Shown here: positions 47,502 through 58,976 of the stretch, in pieces | Position numbering within the stretch: the stretch's first letter is position 1 | How the letters are laid out: every line of letters begins with the position of its first letter | Source: Bdellovibrionota bacterium | GTDB lineage: Bacteria; Bdellovibrionota_B; Oligoflexia; Oligoflexales; JAWKNZ01 | NCBI GenBank assembly: GCA_041391425.1 | Contig: JAWKNZ010000002.1 | Coordinates: forward strand, 3,921 to 67,920 | Length of the DNA: 64,000 bases | Direction: 5' to 3' | Position numbers and translations under genes: made by a program | Notes under the pieces: generated by a model | The model's database searches: none | Seen by the model: only the letters and a program-made list of their open reading frames with translations | What the model was told of the DNA's origin: nothing

Positions 47502-49982
47502 TTGAGTATCACAAATACAAACTCGCTCTTTGAGTCCACATTTATATCGTTAAATAAAATTAAGGATAAAAATTGGCGTATTGCAATGTGCATATCAATA
47601 GTAGGTTATTTTTGTGTCTCTTTGATTTTTATCTGCCTTTGGGCGATGGTACGCCCTGATGAACCATTCGAACAGTTGATTATTGGTGGGGCTGCGTTCC
47701 TTTCTTTTTGGTTAGCTGGTGGAAAAATAAAAAGGGAAAAAATAGAACAAAAGAATTTTCTTTTGCATTTAGAAATGAGCTATCCCAATACGAAATATCC
47801 TTCAACATCTCTTGTGCATGCATCTCAAGAACGATTAGCCGCTGAAGAAGAATGGAAACCAATCTTAGAAAGAGAGGTTACGAGGTTAGCAAACTTCGAG
47901 AAAAGTCGTATGCGAATTAGGTTTAGCACGTTGCTTTTGCCAATCAGCTTAGCGATTTTTTTGGTTTTTTGGGTAAATCCAGCAATTAGCATAGCTTTGA
48001 CAAAAATAGCGGACCAGGTGTTTTTACATAAATATGGAGCTCAATTAGAGATTTTACAGGGTGCAAAAAATCCAAATGAGACTAAAAATAAAATGATTGA
48101 TCTTGGCCCAGATCGACCGGTTGTCGTAGATCTTCTAGCTAAGAATCTAATAAAGATAGAGTTACTGGAGAAATACTCTAATATACCTCAAACTCTTGTT
48201 TTGAAAAAGCCGAAAGATGAATTTTCTAAGGAAGTTAAAATAGATGACCTGGTTTCGGATATTACCTATCAAAGCTTTCGATTTAACTCTTTAGAACAGA
48301 GAGATGACGCCAAAGTTCAAAGCTTTTCATTGACTTTTTCTTTGAGTGAGACTGTCTTTCTTTATATTCCTTCGATATCAGAAAAAAAGCCGTTAGCCCT
48401 TGTAAAAGTTAAATCCTTACCGCTTCCAAAAATTGCACTCTCATTGGTCGAAGAAATAAAGGAGCCTTGGCCAGATTATAAGCCATTGTTTCTGAACATT
48501 GTTGCATCAGGAAAGACCCCTTTGGCTAAAATAAATCTTATCATTAGGGGCAAAAATAAAGAATCTAGAGAATTAGTCAATGATGTGATGGCAAAAGATA
48601 AGCTTAAGATATCGACAAATTATAACATATTATTGGAACCTTATTTGGACTCTGATCTTGAAGAATTGGAGGTTATTGGTGAAGTTATCGATCGCGCAAC
48701 CCCTACGCCTTTAATGGGTTATAGTAGTCCTTTAAGAATCAAAGTTGCAAGCGCTTACGGTCGCTATCGCAATACTCTACAAACATTGAAAGATCTGAAG
48801 GGTCAGCTAGATGCTGCTATTATAAATAAAAATCCAGCAATAGATGAAGAAACTATGGTGCTTGCAAATGATGCTTTTAAGCAATCATTAGATTCTCCTT
48901 TTTTCGATTCTATTGACCGCGTGAACATTATGAATTTTAGAGATTCGACTGCACGTAATGTTAAAAATTTTAATTTGCAAGAAATGCATCAGCTGTCTAC
49001 AAGCCTCAATGACTTTTTATTCGAACATGAAGTATTAGATGATAGGGAACGCGATCGAGATTTTTTTATTGCAGCTCGCAGCTTGTCTAGACTCTTAGAA
49101 AAACCAAAGTCAGATAGGCCAGTAGAAGTTACAATGGTCGTGGAAAGAATGAAACGATTTTTAGATGCCCGTGAAAAACGTTGGAAGCTGAGGGTAAAGC
49201 AGTTGGATTCTGAAAAAATACCAAAACTTTGGCCTGAAGTTTCTAGAAATAGGCCGTTTCATAAGGCAATGGATGATATTAATAAGCTTCAAAAAAATGA
49301 TGCAGATCCATATGGGAAGAAAGGTATTGAAACGCTATCCCTCGCTGTAGGGAAATACCGCAATTGGCTGAATGAGCTTGAAGAGGCAGAAGATGCGCAG
49401 AGAAAACAACTTGAGCAAGAGAGGCAGCAAGGGCTTGCTTCTGCACAAAATGAAATTAAAGATCTACAGAGAAAACAAGGGCAGATCTCTACTAACTTGG
49501 ACAAATCTCGTAGCCGAGAATTGAAGCAACTTACAGAGAATTGGCCGTCTATTAAGATGAAGCAAAAAAGTAATATTAATGGAACGAATCGCCTGGAAAA
49601 TAAGCTTAGATCTTTGTCGCCAGGCGCAGCCGAGAGGATGAAGTTGGCTGTCCAAACTATGAAAGACACAGTTCAATCTGGTGACGAAGAAAATTTTGTC
49701 AGAGCAGAGAGTGGTTCTGACTTTGCGGGAAGATTACTCCGTCAGGCAGAGAATGCAGCTCGGCAGTCACAAAAAAGAAACCGTTCAAGAGGGCGTAGGC
49801 GTAGGGTGTCGGGAGATCAGTACTATGGACAATCTGTAGTTGGTGGTGATGTCGAAATTAAGAGGGAGTATCAGGTTGATAGGCGTTACCGGGAAGATAT
49901 ATTAGATGAAGTTCGCGATGCTGAGTTAGAAGGTGATGACAAGGTGTTGTTGGAAAATTATTTACGTAAAGTTGTTAGATGA
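47502..49982 (+). CDS. Large membrane-anchored coiled-coil protein, DUF4175/TIGR02302-like
   Basis: N-terminal TM helices, a long charged coiled-coil region, and a C-terminus ...RYREDILDEVRDAELEGDDKVLLENYLRKVV resembling the DUF4175 tail (..IldElRrR......E.dYieRLL). From memory. Confidence 0.5.
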   Translation: MSITNTNSLFESTFISLNKIKDKNWRIAMCISIVGYFCVSLIFICLWAMVRPDEPFEQLIIGGAAFLSFWLAGGKIKREKIEQKNFLLHLEMSYPNTKYPSTSLVHASQERLAAEEEWKPILEREVTRLANFEKSRMRIRFSTLLLPISLAIFLVFWVNPAISIALTKIADQVFLHKYGAQLEILQGAKNPNETKNKMIDLGPDRPVVVDLLAKNLIKIELLEKYSNIPQTLVLKKPKDEFSKEVKIDDLVSDITYQSFRFNSLEQRDDAKVQSFSLTFSLSETVFLYIPSISEKKPLALVKVKSLPLPKIALSLVEEIKEPWPDYKPLFLNIVASGKTPLAKINLIIRGKNKESRELVNDVMAKDKLKISTNYNILLEPYLDSDLEELEVIGEVIDRATPTPLMGYSSPLRIKVASAYGRYRNTLQTLKDLKGQLDAAIINKNPAIDEETMVLANDAFKQSLDSPFFDSIDRVNIMNFRDSTARNVKNFNLQEMHQLSTSLNDFLFEHEVLDDRERDRDFFIAARSLSRLLEKPKSDRPVEVTMVVERMKRFLDAREKRWKLRVKQLDSEKIPKLWPEVSRNRPFHKAMDDINKLQKNDADPYGKKGIETLSLAVGKYRNWLNELEEAEDAQRKQLEQERQQGLASAQNEIKDLQRKQGQISTNLDKSRSRELKQLTENWPSIKMKQKSNINGTNRLENKLRSLSPGAAERMKLAVQTMKDTVQSGDEENFVRAESGSDFAGRLLRQAENAARQSQKRNRSRGRRRRVSGDQYYGQSVVGGDVEIKREYQVDRRYREDILDEVRDAELEGDDKVLLENYLRKVVR

Positions 49983-50006
49983 AATAATTCAGATTATGGT
50001 GAATTT

Positions 50007-50333
50007 ATGCAGAATTTAGATCAAAAAATGCTTTATGAAAAGACCTTAGGTTTTGGCGCGAAGGCATCGCATGCAAAGCAAGTTTCGTCTCGTTTGAAAA
50101 AAGTTTTGCCGATAAGATTAAAAGATATTGAAAGAAGGTATCGGACTAAACAAAAACCCGGCCGTGCTGCACGGTTAGCGCTGGCAGATCGTGATTATGA
50201 AAAGTTAATCCATGAGCTTGTCGAAGTTAATGCAGAAGCTTTTAGATCCCGAATTCTTTGGGAAATGCATTGCTTATTTATCGATGCCAGAAGAAGTATG
50301 CAGGCGTATCAAAAAGGGCAGAAAAAAGGATAA
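50007..50333 (+). CDS. Small basic hypothetical protein
   Basis: 108-aa ORF 24 nt after the preceding gene. No motif recognised. Confidence 0.45.
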   Translation: MQNLDQKMLYEKTLGFGAKASHAKQVSSRLKKVLPIRLKDIERRYRTKQKPGRAARLALADRDYEKLIHELVEVNAEAFRSRILWEMHCLFIDARRSMQAYQKGQKKG

Positions 50334-50592
50334 TAGGAATTGGAGCAGAGTAGCCCGATGTCTTTTCCATCAAAAAATTTAGTTTTGAGAGGATCAAAGC
50401 GAGTTTATTTGATTGATATTGTGCAATAATTTTTGTTTTGAGGCTCGACAATGTTGGCGATGGCAAGTAACCTTAAGAGTTGTGTGGCGTGTACAACTCC
50501 TGAGAAGCATTAGAGAAAAACGCTGTTATTTTAAATGGATAGTTCTAGCGCCTTTTCTAGTACCTTGAGTTTTTAGCCGTCAGACAGCTTTT

Positions 50593-52659
50593 GTGGATTT
50601 GAAGTGTATAAAATGGTTTCAATTTGTGAAGGAGGGTCTCCCGCCCATGGGAATTTCTAATGTTATTTTCACTGCTATGCTACTCACTGTTTTTGCTTTC
50701 TTCTTTTTGAACATTAAAAAAACATGGCTACGGATTAAAGCTGTTGGAGCAGGTAGTGAAGAAGTTCGTTATGATGATTTTTCAGGCAGATTTTCTAACA
50801 TGCTACGCTGGGCTTTGTTACAAGGAAAAATGTTAAAAGATCCTATACCTGGAATTATGCATATAGGGATATTTTGGGGATTTATTATTGTTTCAATAGG
50901 AACCATTGAGACATTTTTACATGGAATTTATTCTCATTTTGACTTTCGAATTCTTCTTGGAGAAGGAGCATTATTTGATCTCTTTTTGTTCAGCCAAGAC
51001 TTCGGCAATTTTATGGTGGTTTTAGCGATTTTATTTGCTTTTGCAAGACGCTTATTTTTCCCACCTGCACGATTAAAGTCATTAGATAAAAGTGCAAAAA
51101 AAGATGCCTTTATTGTTCTTGGTTTTATTTTCTCTTTGGTATTTACTGCACTTTTAACAATGGGAGCTAAAACATTTGCAACGGATGCTCATGATGTTCT
51201 TCCTGCTGACCCATTGACCTTTTCAAGGGCGCTTGCTGGTGCCTTTGGCGGCGCTTTTGGGATTTCTAGTTCTCATGGTTGGGAAAACTTTTCTAATTCT
51301 GTTTGGTGGCTTCATGTATTTTCATTATTTGGCTTTATGAGTTTTCTACCTTTTTCGAAGCATCAACATTTAATTTGGGTTTGGCCAAATATGTTTTTTA
51401 AATCTAAGCATAGCTCGGGACGGTTACGGCCTATGGAATTTAATGAAGAGGCTGAATCTTTTGGAGTTGGTAAGGCTACTGAGTTTACTTGGAAACAGTT
51501 GCTAGATAGTATGACTTGTGTTGAGTGTGGGCGGTGTACGCAGCAATGTCCTGCCTTTAATACAGGTAAATCTCTGGACCCTCGTAAAATGATTCATCAT
51601 CTGAAAGTAAGTTTAAACGACGCTGATCAGAATCCAGAGGAGAAGAGAAAATCGCTTATTGGTGATATCGTTACTACAGACGAGTTGTGGGCTTGTACTA
51701 CTTGCGGTGCATGTATGGAAGCCTGCCCGTTAGAAATTGAACATATCCCGGCAATTGTTGATATGCGTAGATATTTGACTATGACCGAAGGCGATATTCC
51801 TGCTGAATTGCAAACTTCGTTGATGAACTTAGAAAACCAATCAAACCCTTGGGGAATGAATAACGATACTCGGGCAGATTGGGCAAAAGGACTCAACGTT
51901 ACAACAATGTCAGAGAAAAGTGATGTAGAGTATTTATTTTGGGTTGGGTGTGCTGGATCTTTTGATGACAATTATAAAGGAGTTTCGAAGTCTATCGTTA
52001 AAATTTTGCAAGAAGCAAACATCAGTTTTTCAATCCTTGGTAAAGAAGAAAAGTGTAATGGTGACACGGCACGAAGGGCTGGGAATGAATATTTAGCAAA
52101 CATGCAAATTGAAGAAAATGTCGAGACTTTTAAGCGCTATAATGTGAAAAAAGTCGTTACTGGTTGTCCACATTGTTTTAATACAATCAAGAATGAATAC
52201 CCCGATTTTGGTTTTGATGTGGATGTTATACATCATTCGCAGTTAATTGCAGATCTACTAAAAGATGGAAAGCTTAAAAGTAAGGAAGCATCGACTGCTT
52301 CATTAGAGAAAACCACATATCACGATTCCTGTTATTTAGGACGTCATAATAAAGTCTATGATGCACCTAGGACTTCACTAGAAAAGATTGGTGGTCATCA
52401 GATTGTAGAGATGCCACGTAGTAAAGAGCAAGGTTTTTGCTGTGGGGCTGGTGGTGCTAGAATGTGGATGGAAGAGACTGTCGGTAAGAAAATTAATATT
52501 GATCGAGCTGAAGAAGCGATCTCTACAAATGCTTCGACAGTCGCTACGGCGTGTCCTTTTTGTATGACGATGTTGAGAGATGGAGTGACAGCTAAGGGCA
52601 AGAGCGAAGAAGTAAAAGTTAAAGATATTGCCGAAATAGTAGCCGACTCTTTAAGCTAG
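50593..52659 (+). CDS. Membrane-bound Fe-S oxidoreductase (NarI-like TM domain + 2x[4Fe-4S] + CCG domains; HdrD/DsrK/GlpC-like)
   Basis: [12 protein letters not shown] and [12 protein letters not shown] ferredoxin motifs. Cys-rich CCG motifs ([16 protein letters not shown]). ~5 N-terminal TM helices. The likelier start is ATG 50647, after an AAGGAGGG SD. Confidence 0.85.
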   Translation: MDLKCIKWFQFVKEGLPPMGISNVIFTAMLLTVFAFFFLNIKKTWLRIKAVGAGSEEVRYDDFSGRFSNMLRWALLQGKMLKDPIPGIMHIGIFWGFIIVSIGTIETFLHGIYSHFDFRILLGEGALFDLFLFSQDFGNFMVVLAILFAFARRLFFPPARLKSLDKSAKKDAFIVLGFIFSLVFTALLTMGAKTFATDAHDVLPADPLTFSRALAGAFGGAFGISSSHGWENFSNSVWWLHVFSLFGFMSFLPFSKHQHLIWVWPNMFFKSKHSSGRLRPMEFNEEAESFGVGKATEFTWKQLLDSMTCVECGRCTQQCPAFNTGKSLDPRKMIHHLKVSLNDADQNPEEKRKSLIGDIVTTDELWACTTCGACMEACPLEIEHIPAIVDMRRYLTMTEGDIPAELQTSLMNLENQSNPWGMNNDTRADWAKGLNVTTMSEKSDVEYLFWVGCAGSFDDNYKGVSKSIVKILQEANISFSILGKEEKCNGDTARRAGNEYLANMQIEENVETFKRYNVKKVVTGCPHCFNTIKNEYPDFGFDVDVIHHSQLIADLLKDGKLKSKEASTASLEKTTYHDSCYLGRHNKVYDAPRTSLEKIGGHQIVEMPRSKEQGFCCGAGGARMWMEETVGKKINIDRAEEAISTNASTVATACPFCMTMLRDGVTAKGKSEEVKVKDIAEIVADSLS

Positions 52660-52668
52660 CTTTCTGAC

Positions 52669-55668
52669 TTAAGCTCTGGTTTTGACGAATATTTTAAAAT
52701 CTTCATAAAGGGTGTAGATCACTGGAATCAGGAATAATGTGATTAAGGTTGAACATAAAAGTCCACCAATGATCGCATGCCCTAGTGGAGAAAATGGAAT
52801 TCCTAAGATGTTGGAAGAGCCAAGAGCCATTGGAAATAAACTAAAAATAGTGGTAGCTGCTGTCATTAGGACTGGCCTTAATCTTCTTTCGCTTGCTTGT
52901 ATTACTGCCAAATGAAAGTCTTGTTCTGGAGAGTCACTGGTTTTTTTAATTAAATCGATTAATACGATTCCGTTGTTGACGACAATACCTACCAAAATTA
53001 CTATCCCAAGTTGACCCATGATTCCAGGTGCGGTGTTTGTCAAAATCGACATCCATTTCGAGCCTACAAAAGCCAATGGAACTGTGAACATAATTATGAA
53101 TGGAAGTACTGCGGATTCAAATAGAACTCCCATGATTAAATAAACCAATACAATCGCCATTATAAGAGCAAAAAGAACATCTGAGCCATCACGCGCTTGG
53201 TCTCTAAAAGATTCTTGACTAAGGGTATAGCCTGTTGGCAATGCCAGATTGTTGATGTACGATAAGACGAGACTTTCAGCTATGTCCCGAGTTTCAGGTG
53301 TGATGGCCTCATCATAAAAGACATTGATTTGCTGAGATAACGCTCCATTTAAGCGGGCAGGAGTTACACTTTTAGGAATATGATGCACATCAGTTAGATG
53401 TTCAAGAGGGATTCCACTCTGCAACTTTATTTTGTTAATGTCATTTAAGTAATTTATTTGATTAAAAAAGCTAACTTCCACGGGATATTTCTCATCGAGC
53501 TTAAAAACTTCTGTTTTTGCCAATCGCAGTCGAACATCATTAGCAATCGATGTCGACGAAATTGATAAATTACGTAGTTTACTAGTATTAGGAACAATTT
53601 CTATATTGCGATTTGAATTGTCATTTTCCTCTAATTTGACTTCAGCGACCCCATTAATGGCCTCAAGCATTTCTTGGACCTTTGACGTTAATAGATCTAG
53701 AGTTTTTAGCTTTGGTCCACGAATTCTCACACTGGTATAACGATTTTGAGGGCTTCTGCGATTTGAGTCTTCTATTGTTCTGATATTATACTCTACTCCT
53801 GGAAACTCAGGTAATATCTCAACTAAACGTGTTCGTACGACACTATTATCAAGGGATTGATCGACATGGCGAGCCAAGCGGATTGATGCGCAGCAAGAAT
53901 TTCTATTGAGTTGTACGCGAATCCGCTCTAAATCAAATTCACTTCTATATTTGTCTAATAATTTTTCTATTTGTATTAAATGTTCACTCCTTTGATAAAA
54001 AGGAATTGATTCATCAAATTTAATACGAAAGTGAAGTCTAGTATTGTTCTCATTGCCACCTGATAGATTTGCCTTTTGTCCGATGATGAATGTAGCGGCC
54101 GTTAAAATCAATAAACCACAAATTACCTCAAAGCGTTTTTTTAGTGCTATTGATAGCAGTGTTCGGTAGGCATGTTTAACCTTATCAAATGTCGAGGTGC
54201 TTTGATTTATTACACCTACGTTTTTGATCGAGTTAGTCAAATATGGAATGATGACTAGTGCGATAACTAAAGAGGCTAGCAAAGCTATACAAACAGGCAT
54301 TCCTAGCTTAGACATAAAGAAGGAAAAATTTGAATCTCCATTCATCAAAATTAATGGCAGGAATACGGCGATACTTGTTAATGTTCCCATAAATACTGCC
54401 AGACCAACATCTTTTATGCCAGCAATAATAGCTTTTTGTTTGTTCATGCCTTGGTGAATATTATTAAAGATAGATTCTGCGACGACAATGCCGTTATCAA
54501 CAACCATTCCACAGGCAAGCATGATTCCCATCATGGATAAAATATTTAATGATTGGCCACTAAAATAAAGCCAAATTAAAGTGATTAAAATTGCGAGCGG
54601 TATTGCTATTGATACTAGTATAGTCAACTTTAAATTTCTTAGAAAAATAAAGACAACAATGAAAGCAATTAATCCTGAAAAGAGTGCGGTGCGGAAAATT
54701 GATTCAAGAGCAGTCTCAACCGCATCGCCTTCATTCCAGACTATTTTAAACTTATAATTACCATTGTTTTCTTTTTCAATTTTTTTAAGTACATCAACTA
54801 TCTTTTTGGATACAGATAATATGTTGGCTCCATCTTGTTTTCTAATTGATATCCAATAAAGGTCTTGGTTATCGATACGAATTAATTGGTCACGAGGATT
54901 GTCTTCCCATGTGACTAATCCTAAATTCCCAATTGATACTCCCGGTTTAATTTGAATTGAGGTTATTTCCTCAATATTTGAAATTTGATTAAGGAAAATG
55001 ACTGGTATATCTCCGGATTTACCCAGCGAAGAGGAGATGCTATGATTTTGTAATTCGTTAATAACATCAAGAGCCGTAATTTTATATTGGCGAATCAGCT
55101 CTTCTTTAAGACTGATAGATATTTTTTTAGGTCTTAATCCATATACATCTACACTTGCCACTCCTTCTATTCTTTGAATGGATGGCCGTATATGCGATTC
55201 AAAAATATTTTCAACTGCTTCTGCAGGGAGGTCTTTAGTCATCTGTAAGCCAGCCCATAAGATAGGAGAAGCATTTGGATTCCATCGCCAGATAAAAAAT
55301 TTTGAATTTTTGGGTATAAACTCCCTAGAGCGATCTAAAACAGTCTGAATTTCTAAATAAGTCGTCCGCATATTTGCAGTCGGAAGAAACTCTAAATCGA
55401 AGCTTACTCTATTATCATGTGATCTGCTATTTACTCTTTCTATATTTTTTATTGTACGAAAAAGTCCGGAAAGTGGTTCTGCGATGGCTTTATCTGCTTC
55501 ATCTGGAGAAAGTTGGATATTGTAGACACTGACATACAGGTAGCGGGGTTCAAAACCGTCTGGGTTAATTTGTCGTTTAACTTTGATGAATGAGAGGACT
55601 CCAAGCAATATAATTAATGCAATTGCCATGGTTAAGGTGACAGGACGATTTAAAATCCATTTCATCAA
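52669..55668 (-). CDS. RND efflux permease (AcrB/MdtC-like), second of a tandem pair
   Basis: 999 aa with 12-TM RND architecture and conserved GMVVDNGIVVAE and VVNNGIVLID motifs. Its start overlaps the stop of the upstream RND gene. Confidence 0.92.
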   Translation of the reverse strand: MMKWILNRPVTLTMAIALIILLGVLSFIKVKRQINPDGFEPRYLYVSVYNIQLSPDEADKAIAEPLSGLFRTIKNIERVNSRSHDNRVSFDLEFLPTANMRTTYLEIQTVLDRSREFIPKNSKFFIWRWNPNASPILWAGLQMTKDLPAEAVENIFESHIRPSIQRIEGVASVDVYGLRPKKISISLKEELIRQYKITALDVINELQNHSISSSLGKSGDIPVIFLNQISNIEEITSIQIKPGVSIGNLGLVTWEDNPRDQLIRIDNQDLYWISIRKQDGANILSVSKKIVDVLKKIEKENNGNYKFKIVWNEGDAVETALESIFRTALFSGLIAFIVVFIFLRNLKLTILVSIAIPLAILITLIWLYFSGQSLNILSMMGIMLACGMVVDNGIVVAESIFNNIHQGMNKQKAIIAGIKDVGLAVFMGTLTSIAVFLPLILMNGDSNFSFFMSKLGMPVCIALLASLVIALVIIPYLTNSIKNVGVINQSTSTFDKVKHAYRTLLSIALKKRFEVICGLLILTAATFIIGQKANLSGGNENNTRLHFRIKFDESIPFYQRSEHLIQIEKLLDKYRSEFDLERIRVQLNRNSCCASIRLARHVDQSLDNSVVRTRLVEILPEFPGVEYNIRTIEDSNRRSPQNRYTSVRIRGPKLKTLDLLTSKVQEMLEAINGVAEVKLEENDNSNRNIEIVPNTSKLRNLSISSTSIANDVRLRLAKTEVFKLDEKYPVEVSFFNQINYLNDINKIKLQSGIPLEHLTDVHHIPKSVTPARLNGALSQQINVFYDEAITPETRDIAESLVLSYINNLALPTGYTLSQESFRDQARDGSDVLFALIMAIVLVYLIMGVLFESAVLPFIIMFTVPLAFVGSKWMSILTNTAPGIMGQLGIVILVGIVVNNGIVLIDLIKKTSDSPEQDFHLAVIQASERRLRPVLMTAATTIFSLFPMALGSSNILGIPFSPLGHAIIGGLLCSTLITLFLIPVIYTLYEDFKIFVKTRA

Positions 55669-58600
55669 TCAATAATCCCTACACTTGTGACTGGATCTTT
55701 TTTAAAGATTGTCAATAAGATGGGAATAAAGACTAAGGTCAATAAAGTCCCAAATCCTAAACCACCAATAATAGACCTGGCCATAGCAATGGAAAGGGAG
55801 GCTCCTTCACCCGTAGCAAAAGCCATGGGTATTAAACCTAATATTGTTGTAGAAGTTGTCATTAGAATGGGTCGTAAACGATTGCGGCCAGTCTCTATTA
55901 CGGCCTTTTCTATTGAAGAGCCATCTTTAATTAACTTATTAACAGAGTCGATGAAAATAATTGCATTATTGACGATGATTCCTACAAGAACAATGCAACC
56001 AACAAGCACCATAATACTTATTGGTATATTAAATGGAAAGATAAAAAAGATTACACCAATAAAAGCAAGGGGAATAGAACCCATAATGAATAAGGGTTGT
56101 AAAAATGATTCAAATTGGGAAGCCATAACTAAATAGACCATGAAAACAGCTAGACCCACTGCAAAAATCAAGCTTGCAATTGATTCATCATATTCTTCAC
56201 TTTGACCGGTTATTTTATAATCGGTCTTAAGTGTGTTTTTAGGCATTATTTTTGATAGATGTTCTTTTGCTTCTTTTAAGCTAATTCCATTTGGTTGATA
56301 GCTGAGTCGAATACTCCTGGCTCCGGATGAACGATAGATGTATGAAGGGCTTTGGCTTGTTTTTATTGATGCAATTGACGTGAGATCGATCATTTGCTTT
56401 TCATTAGTGAGTATTTTGATATTTCCTAGATCTTGCGCTCCACGTACTTCTTTCTCCTCGGCACGAATATTGACCGGAAGTGTTTGATCTGAAAGCTCAA
56501 TTTGTGTGGCTTTTTCCCCTCTTAAATAATAGCTTAGATCATTTATGACTTTTGCGGGAGTTAAGCCTATTGAGGCCAAAATCTCAGGTTTGACACTGAC
56601 CAGTAGCTCGGGAACACCTGAACTTATGGTGTTCTCTGATGATATTAAAAAAGGTTGTTTGTCTAAATTTTCTTTTAGTTTTAAGGATGCTTCCTTTAAT
56701 TCTTCTAAACTATCATTGGTAATGACAATTTCTAAGGGTTTTGATTGGATGCCAAGACTAGGCTGTCTCAATGTCCAATTGACACCATCAATTTTTGATA
56801 AGCTTTCTTTTAGAATCTCTTTTGAGAAAGACATGGGATCGACATCGAATTGAATGGTAAATTTATTAACCCCAGCGTTGCCCATTAAAGCTTGAGCTTG
56901 GTCGATCCCGATGAGTGCAACAACATTACTTACACCTTCGGTCTTCTTTAATTTTTCTTCAAAAGCATAACTGGTAGAGTTTGTTTTTCTTATACCTGAT
57001 CCAAGAGGAACCTCGCCATCGATAAAGTAACGGCTTTGTGATAAAGGGGGTAGGAGGTCTCCACCTAAGTATTGAACCATTATTATAGATATAGCAAATA
57101 AGATGGCAACAGTAGCTATGACATTCAGCTTCCGTTTCAATACGAAATTAAGAAGTTTTGGATAACTATCTTTTTCCAAAAATGTAATGATATCACGGCA
57201 CCAATTTGCTGATTTTATGACAGGTATTAGTAAAAATGAAAATAATAGAAGGGCATATTTCGCAATGATTTTTATCAATATCGATAGAAGTGAAATTGCT
57301 GAGCGGAGGATATCTATGATTAAAAAAAATGTTATTTTAAATATTATCCATGGAATGAGACTTACTTTTCCTAATGTTGCTAAATAAATGAATTTTGAAT
57401 CTAGAAACCAGCGAAATCCTTTAGTAGCTAATTCTTGATAATATGGTTTACTTAGGGCAAACCAACGGATTTTAATCTTTAATCCATCCCGAGACTTTGT
57501 TTCTGAGGTTGGTAGGTTATGAATCAATACATACAAAGTGGGTAGAACTACTATAGCGACAACTAAGGAACATGATAAGGAGAAGATAATGGTCCATGCT
57601 AAATCTCCAAAGAGTTGTCCAGCAATACCTTCGACAAAAGCTAAGGGGATAAAAACTGCTATTGTTGTCAAGGTGGATGCTAATACCGGCAAAAACATTT
57701 CCCTGGTTCCTTCAATAGCATTTAGAAGTATGCTGGAATTTTTCTTTTTTGCAATATTTTCTAAGACTACAATAGAATTGTCTACAAGCATTCCTATACC
57801 TAAAGCAAGGCCTCCAAGGGACATGACATTTAAGGATATTCCTTTTTGATCTAAGAGAAAAAAAGTGGCAGGTATTGCTAACGGAATAGCTAACCCTATC
57901 AAAATTGAAGGAATTAATTCACCCAAAAAGAAGTATAGGATTAACATTGAAAGAATGGCGCCACCTATTGCCGCACTGATCACATTACTGATAGATTTGC
58001 GGATAAAGCTTGATTCGTCAGAGACAATTTGTGCATTAATTCCTTTCATCCATTTAAATTTAATCAATTGGTGATCGATAGCTTGTCGAAGGCTATCTAC
58101 TACGGAAATTATATTTGCATCAGCCTCTTTATAAACATCCAGAAATACGGCATCTTGCCCATTTGTTCGGGTTAGAGTTTCTGGTTCAATAGCGCGTTCT
58201 TCAATGGTCGTGATATCAGATAGGTGGATTGCATTATTGCCAGGCTGATTGATAATTAGTGAACCAATTTCATTGATACTTTTAAACTGTGAATTGACGC
58301 GAACGAAAGTTTCTTTCTCTCCATGCTCAAATTTGCCACTAGGCATGCTTATATTTTCTTCTCTTAGAATTTGAACTATATCAGCAGGCCGGATTCCAAA
58401 TTTTTCTAATGATCCTTTGGAAAACAAGATCGCGATTTCCTTTTCTCTACCGCCTTTAATAATGCTTGTAGCAATACCAGGAAATGTTTCAATTACAGGC
58501 TTAATGTTTTGATCTAGTATAGCTCTTATTGTAACAGTATCTATAGTTTCCGAACTAAAGCTAATTCTAGCGATAGGCTCAAAGCTTGGATCAAATCTTA

Positions 58601-58973
58601 AGATTTTGGGTTTTTCTGCTTTGTCGGGAAATTGCTGTCTGTCGAGAGCTTCTCGTATTTCTTGAATTGCTCTATCTATATCATGTGACCAGCTGAATTT
58701 TAACTTGACGATAGACTTTGACGGTTGAGAAAAAGACTCAATTTTTTTTAAACCGCTTAAGGTCCCTAAAGACTTCTCGATTGGTTTGGTGATTAATCTT
58801 TCTACTTCTTTAGGGGAAGCATCAGGGTATGCAGCCTCCACAGTTAATGTTGGCTCATTTAAGTCTGGTAAGAGAGTTTGTGGTAATCGCAAAAAAGAGA
58901 TGATCCCAAATATCATGATTCCAACTGTAATCATGATAACAGCAACAGGTCTTTGTATATAAGGAAGGTCCAC
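55665..58973 (-). CDS. RND efflux permease (AcrB/MdtB-like), first of a tandem pair, with an extra hydrophobic insert
   Basis: 1102 aa with GMLVDNSIVVLEN and IVNNAIIFID motifs. ~90 extra residues lie between TM6 and TM7 (see findings). Confidence 0.92.
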   Translation of the reverse strand: MDLPYIQRPVAVIMITVGIMIFGIISFLRLPQTLLPDLNEPTLTVEAAYPDASPKEVERLITKPIEKSLGTLSGLKKIESFSQPSKSIVKLKFSWSHDIDRAIQEIREALDRQQFPDKAEKPKILRFDPSFEPIARISFSSETIDTVTIRAILDQNIKPVIETFPGIATSIIKGGREKEIAILFSKGSLEKFGIRPADIVQILREENISMPSGKFEHGEKETFVRVNSQFKSINEIGSLIINQPGNNAIHLSDITTIEERAIEPETLTRTNGQDAVFLDVYKEADANIISVVDSLRQAIDHQLIKFKWMKGINAQIVSDESSFIRKSISNVISAAIGGAILSMLILYFFLGELIPSILIGLAIPLAIPATFFLLDQKGISLNVMSLGGLALGIGMLVDNSIVVLENIAKKKNSSILLNAIEGTREMFLPVLASTLTTIAVFIPLAFVEGIAGQLFGDLAWTIIFSLSCSLVVAIVVLPTLYVLIHNLPTSETKSRDGLKIKIRWFALSKPYYQELATKGFRWFLDSKFIYLATLGKVSLIPWIIFKITFFLIIDILRSAISLLSILIKIIAKYALLLFSFLLIPVIKSANWCRDIITFLEKDSYPKLLNFVLKRKLNVIATVAILFAISIIMVQYLGGDLLPPLSQSRYFIDGEVPLGSGIRKTNSTSYAFEEKLKKTEGVSNVVALIGIDQAQALMGNAGVNKFTIQFDVDPMSFSKEILKESLSKIDGVNWTLRQPSLGIQSKPLEIVITNDSLEELKEASLKLKENLDKQPFLISSENTISSGVPELLVSVKPEILASIGLTPAKVINDLSYYLRGEKATQIELSDQTLPVNIRAEEKEVRGAQDLGNIKILTNEKQMIDLTSIASIKTSQSPSYIYRSSGARSIRLSYQPNGISLKEAKEHLSKIMPKNTLKTDYKITGQSEEYDESIASLIFAVGLAVFMVYLVMASQFESFLQPLFIMGSIPLAFIGVIFFIFPFNIPISIMVLVGCIVLVGIIVNNAIIFIDSVNKLIKDGSSIEKAVIETGRNRLRPILMTTSTTILGLIPMAFATGEGASLSIAMARSIIGGLGFGTLLTLVFIPILLTIFKKDPVTSVGIID

Positions 58974-58976
58974 AGT

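Noticed and set aside
55687-58074. Plus-strand ORFs inside the RND genes (55687..56136, 56545..56853, 57187..57387, 57538..57849, 57865..58074; also 54224..54457)
   Set aside because: They lie entirely antisense to strongly supported RND coding sequence and have low-complexity, hydrophobic mirror-image translations. They are spurious.
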